The notes under the pieces were generated by a model. That model was not told the DNA's origin, ran no database searches, and saw only the letters and a list, made by a program, of their open reading frames with translations. A program made the position numbers and the translations under genes. DNA of 64,000 nt from Phallusia mammillata (Eukaryota): positions 17,794,001 through 17,858,000 of the forward strand of contig OZ281501.1 of NCBI GenBank assembly GCA_965637545.1. Direction: 5' to 3'. Position 1 is the stretch's first letter, and each line of letters begins with the position of its first letter. This document shows, in pieces, positions 59,301 to 64,000 of this stretch.

Positions 59301-60428
59301 GTTTAAATGGTTAAAGGCAGTTTTTACTATATTGCAACGGAGTAATACGATTTATAGTTAAGATGTATTGTGCTTGAAGCAAAATACACCATGGGCCAAG
59401 TTGTACACAAGATAAGCTAAACATTTTACCAAATTTATTTACCTAGGCATCGTTAAAGTAAATCATTTTGGTGTCTTTATGCGCAAACGTAATTTGAAGA
59501 AAAAACGCTTTTTGTGTGTTTTATTGCGTCTCTTTTCTTAACAAATCATTTTGTACCTCCCAGACTTTTGTTTGTGCTTGAAACTTCAATGAAAATAAGT
59601 TATTTTTGACTTTTCATTTTTAACATTGTTCTATCAATATGCGTTTTCAAAATTTTGTACTTGGTGTTATTGCATATTTTAAGACCTTGAAAAGTTGTCA
59701 ATTGTGCTGACTGCCCAACTTTCCATGTGCTATGGTTTACATTTTTGTTTCTACTTTCTTGTCGAATACACCAAAGGCAAATCACGCCTCTTTTTATTGA
59801 TAATATTAGTCGAATAGCATATTTGGTTACGAAACATAAATTGGATCACGCATTGTTTTTGGTGATGGGTGACCAACCTGAATTGCTGGTTAACGGTTCT
59901 GCTTATGCAAACCTATGCGGCCAAATGTTATGATCAATATCATGCAGTGGCGGCCGTGTATTAATGAAAAAGTATTTTACAAGGAAACGGTTATGAGCAC
60001 AAGAGGGAGCCGAAGTAGCATACGGAAATAAACATCACATAAACACAAAAAAATGTCGGTGCCTGGGATGGTCTTCTTTATTCAACATTGCTTGAATTCA
60101 ACTCATTTTCCATAAATTGTTTTTTGTGTCAATTCAATGCTGTTGAACACAATCTGTTAATGCACAGAAAAAGAAGAATTTCACCTAACTTATGACGTAA
60201 ATTGTACAGCCAGATTATTTAACATTGCACCGCTATTATAAACTAAAAACATAAACTTTTTAGATAAGATTTGGCAATACAAGGCCATGTTGTTTATCAA
60301 TATTATTGCAATACTTTTCAGTACACTTATAGAAACATGCAATAATTAAAAATACCCTTTGGTTCAATCCTTGTGAACAGAATTGTTATTTATTTATTCT
60401 TTTGAATTTGGCAAGAAAACGATACAAG

Positions 60429-60574
60429 CAGTGGAAGGATTAATTTTTTTCGGCCAGTTCTGTTACAAAAAATCTATTGACAGTCACCAGTAATGCTAAC
60501 CGGTTCGCTGATCTCATAAAATTTCGTGAGACGGTTCTATAGAACCGGTGCGAACCGGCTGAATCCCACCAATG
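60429..60574. mobile_element. hAT-type MITE, same family as 2900-3079
   Basis: Shared core CCAGTAATGC(C/T)AACCGGTTC..GGTTCTATAGAACCGGTGC(A/G)AACCGGCTGAATCCCA; TSD GATACAAG/GATACATG (7/8). Confidence 0.85.
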
Positions 60575-61806
60575 GATACATGGTACTGGTTGACAGGATT
60601 CGACGGTTATAACCACCTGTTCCCAACAAGTAATTCTCACGTGAAAATACAGATAATAAATTTGTACAATATCAATACTTACTGTACAGCAAACTGTTTT
60701 TTGTTGTTGCTTAGGACATTTTTACAGTTTGTTGCAAGTTTTGCTTTACTGCATATTGAACCTTAAACTGTAACGTGGAAAGTAAACCGTGCAGTCGCAT
60801 AATTCAGTTATTAGCAAGAAAAACTTGCCTAATTGCGTTTAACCGAAATCATCTGAAGCATTGTCTGCAACCAGTTGTGTAAGCTAAAAAAACACAAGAA
60901 CGGTTTTTGGGGACGGACGTTACGCATCAATGCAAGCATCGTTTTGCCAAATCGATTACCGTTTCATGAACAATTCGTTTTCACGCTTTTACTCCAAGGG
61001 TATTTAGGTTAGAACAACGTAAGGGCGAGAAAAATACGGAAATACTTGTGAAAGCAAACACTTTTTGAATTTCAAAGTGTTGCTGTCAAAGTCTAAAAAC
61101 TTCCTTAACTCGGTTGTTGTCAGATGCAACAAAACAACTGAAACATATTAGGAAGCATAGTTTAACGTCATTTAACACACTCGAAAAACAGGACTGGGCA
61201 TTGACAATGTAGAAATGTCAATAGGATTTTCCTTATAGTCGTAAAACTTTGTAAATTGTAAGTTCAAAAGTGACCAAGGTACAAAAAAAAATATAACTAA
61301 TAAATTAGCAGGTTTAATGCAGACTCATGGAGTTTTTACTGGACCGAAAAAGGGAACAAAAAGACAACGTATTTTCATAAAACGAACAAACTGTAATAAT
61401 TTGAAGTGTTACTGATGTAATTGAAAAGGGATTAGTAAAAAAAAGTGCCTTAAGCAGATTTCATTGTAGAAAAACAGCAAAATTTTAGTTACAATGCAAA
61501 CCAAAAGTAAATCACAAACTAACAAACATATGTCAAAGTGTTGTGATATAATCTTGACAAGAAAACTAAATACAATACTGCTTGTGAGTTTAAATATCTG
61601 TCGACACAAGCAAAACAACAAATAATTATTTATACGGTCGCACTTTTGAGGTGTTATCGGGCAGTAACACAACAAATATTACGTAATGAAGATCAGAATA
61701 TAGGCGAACACGTACGAACTTGAAACCCAATGGCTGCAGTGAGTAAAAATTAGTCTTCAAAGTCCAATCCTTGCCACAATGTACTGTGCTAATGAATGAT
61801 CTAAAT

Positions 61807-61962
61807 CAGTGATTCTTAACCTTTTTATGTTTGTTATCCTAAGATATTTACTCCCTTTCCGAAAATTAAGAATATATGACGTCACTGAAAGATGACGTCA
61901 TAAAATAAAAATTAGTGATACCCTTGAAAATTGTTTAATTACCTACAGGTTAAGAACCACTG
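61807..61962. mobile_element. hAT-type MITE carrying two TGACGTCA sites
   Basis: TIRs CAGTGATTCTTAACCT / AGGTTAAGAACCACTG; TSD ATCTAAAT/TTTTAAAT (6/8). Confidence 0.8.
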
Positions 61963-63133
61963 TTTTAAATGGACAACAGTCGCGTAAAAAGCCGAAACAA
62001 ATGTTTAGTGGGAGCAACACAAACACTTTTTTACCAATAGATACATATTAGGGAAATAGTGTGGGGGAAAAATGACCACAACAGGAATTAAATACAAAAT
62101 CATGAAACTAAAGACATCGAAATACGAAATATAAGCACCAAGAACGATCTGAAATTTGAAATGTCTTTTCAAATATTGTAGGAAAAATCGCCGATTTCAG
62201 CCAAGTAATATTGAACTAAAAGTGATTATACTGCAAAGTATTGGAATTATGATGAAACTTTACTGCATTATTACAAAACAAAGGCTATGTGTCATAATCA
62301 TCGAAAACTGCAGGCTTATTTCAAGCCATGTCAAGTGTACCCAAACTAAGATTTAGTTTTATTTTGCTATTGTTAAGCACGATACAGTGTTACACGGCAG
62401 ATTTGGAATGGTGCTTTTAAAAAGCGTTACAAAAAGTGGATGTGAGATTATAATGAACACAAACATGATTTGAGACTGAATAAAAGTCAAATCCATTTGA
62501 TGGTAAAAGTGATATCTTCGAAAAAATATTTCAAACGCGTTACCATAAAAACTCTACGGCAAAATTAAACGCACCAACTTATAAATATTGTTGAATATCG
62601 TTGGTAAAGTTGGTAGTGCATTGGGTCAAGCAAAGCACATTATGCATAGAAACAAACCGGATTTGGGTGATGCATGGGAAAACAACAATCAAACACAATG
62701 AGTTCATCAGCAATGCGTCACAATGTTGAACAAAGGGGGTAAACGCGTCTGGTCATTGTTTGGTAACAGTTAGTGACAACAGAAAACAGAATCAGTCCAT
62801 TGTGTCACAAAAATAATGCAATGAAACAAATATGAACAGACACATATATGTAGTTACTGCAAATTGGGTATAAAGTATCTAAAGTTTTAAGGCAACAATA
62901 AGAAACTAATGGACAAACAACTATATAACAGGGTTAAGCGTAATTAATTAGTTACATAATTCAGTATAAACTCTAAAAATACCAAACATGAAAATGCAAG
63001 CCAAAATTTTGACATGTTTGAACAACCCCGTTGTCATGGTACATAATCACATGACAAAATATACAAAATGTTTTATTTGACCGTCATTATCTAAAAAAAC
63101 AAAAATAATAATGCTAAGTTGCAGCTATATTCG

Positions 63134-63698
63134 CTAGCACGTACAAACTCGAAACCGATCTTTAAAAGTTTTGTAGAGATTATTCCATTCATCGTTCATT
63201 AAACCCCGCTTTCCGATGTCGCCTTTCCCGTAAAAACCGTTCAAGTGTCCGCCAGGGTTGCTAGGGGAACGAAAAATCATTTCGTCAGGCATTCCAATCT
63301 TCTGACGTAATATGCCGGTAATCCACACGTCATCAACCGGAAGTGGGTCAACTGTTCTCGAGAGTTCGTAAAGTTGTCCGACCACTCGAACGGAAGTGGT
63401 GTAAAATCCACCGTGACAATATGGAGGGAACACCGTCCATCGATACAGAAGCTTTGAAAGATACCATTTTGCAGATTCCCCACGCATTGGGGATTCTTTC
63501 GGCCCGAAAATAAAGCCGCACATGATTGGGAACTCAGGCCATTTTTTCTTCTCGATTTGTTTGAATCCATTGTCAACATCATCTTTTAAACCTCCCAGAT
63601 TCACCATGAAGTCGTCGTCTGATGAGGAGTAGAGATAATCTCCTGGGAGGTTATTTGAAGCCCACTGCATTCCAGCAAGCGTCTTTTGAGCGATGTTT
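63134..63698 (-). CDS. Second GT31 beta-1,3-galactosyltransferase-like paralog, last exon only (5' exons beyond the right edge)
   Basis: Acceptor ttcattgcag at 63699-63708, phase 2 like the last intron of the neighbouring paralog. Motifs KTLAGMQW, SSDDDF, FPPYCHGGFY, VDDVWITGILR; stop at 63134. Confidence 0.9.
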
Positions 63699-63804
63699 CT
63701 GCAATGAACATATACAGTTTAAATGATTTGTCTAACAATAGTGCTCTCAAACAATTTACTTAAATACAGCCACTGAATCATATAGTACGCGGGGCATATT
63801 AAAG

Positions 63805-63890
63805 ACGCCTTAATAATCCTGGCGTACTATGATTTATCGATAGTGATCGCTGGTCTGCATCGACGCTTCAGGGCTGATCCCAGTATCAAT
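63805..63890 (+). mobile_element. Headless copy of the SINE body (3' part)
   Basis: ACGCCT..CCTGGCGTACTATGATTTA..TGATCGCTGGTCTGCATCGACGCTTCAGGGCTGATCC matches 41764-41848. Confidence 0.7.
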
Positions 63891-64000
63891 ATGTTCATAC
63901 AGCCACTGATTTAGACTTTTTTGCCCTGAAATTTTCCACAGTCATGAATTATTGACCCTGAATCGTTGTTTACTTGCAAAATGATTTTACTGATAAAACA

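Overview
AT-rich, intron-rich animal genomic DNA. It is most likely from an ascidian tunicate; this is an inference from two near-exact matches to the Ciona-type spliced-leader sequence, compact GT-AG introns and gene content. Six genes could be assembled by hand with consistent exon phases. (1) A DBH-like copper monooxygenase (MOXD1-like; minus strand, 11 exons, runs off the left edge). (2) A complete 20-exon USP54/USP53-family deubiquitinase (minus, about 1531 aa). (3) A 7-exon multipass membrane protein of unknown function (plus, 309 aa). (4) A secreted IL-17-like cystine-knot protein (plus, start codon unresolved). (5, 6) Two convergent GT31 beta-1,3-glycosyltransferase paralogs, the second partial. 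There are two further candidate unannotated genes, one nested antisense in a USP54 intron. Non-coding DNA is packed with hAT, pogo and foldback MITEs (several with perfect 8-bp TSDs) and a tRNA-headed SINE family. The most interesting signals not explained by the gene models are about nine hammerhead-ribozyme-like motifs (CTGANGA..stem..GAAAC) in several short repeat families resembling Penelope-element HHRs, two of which bracket one gene as direct repeats, and two dispersed spliced-leader-like relics. No CRISPR array or rRNA was seen. All family assignments are from remembered motifs; no database searches were run.
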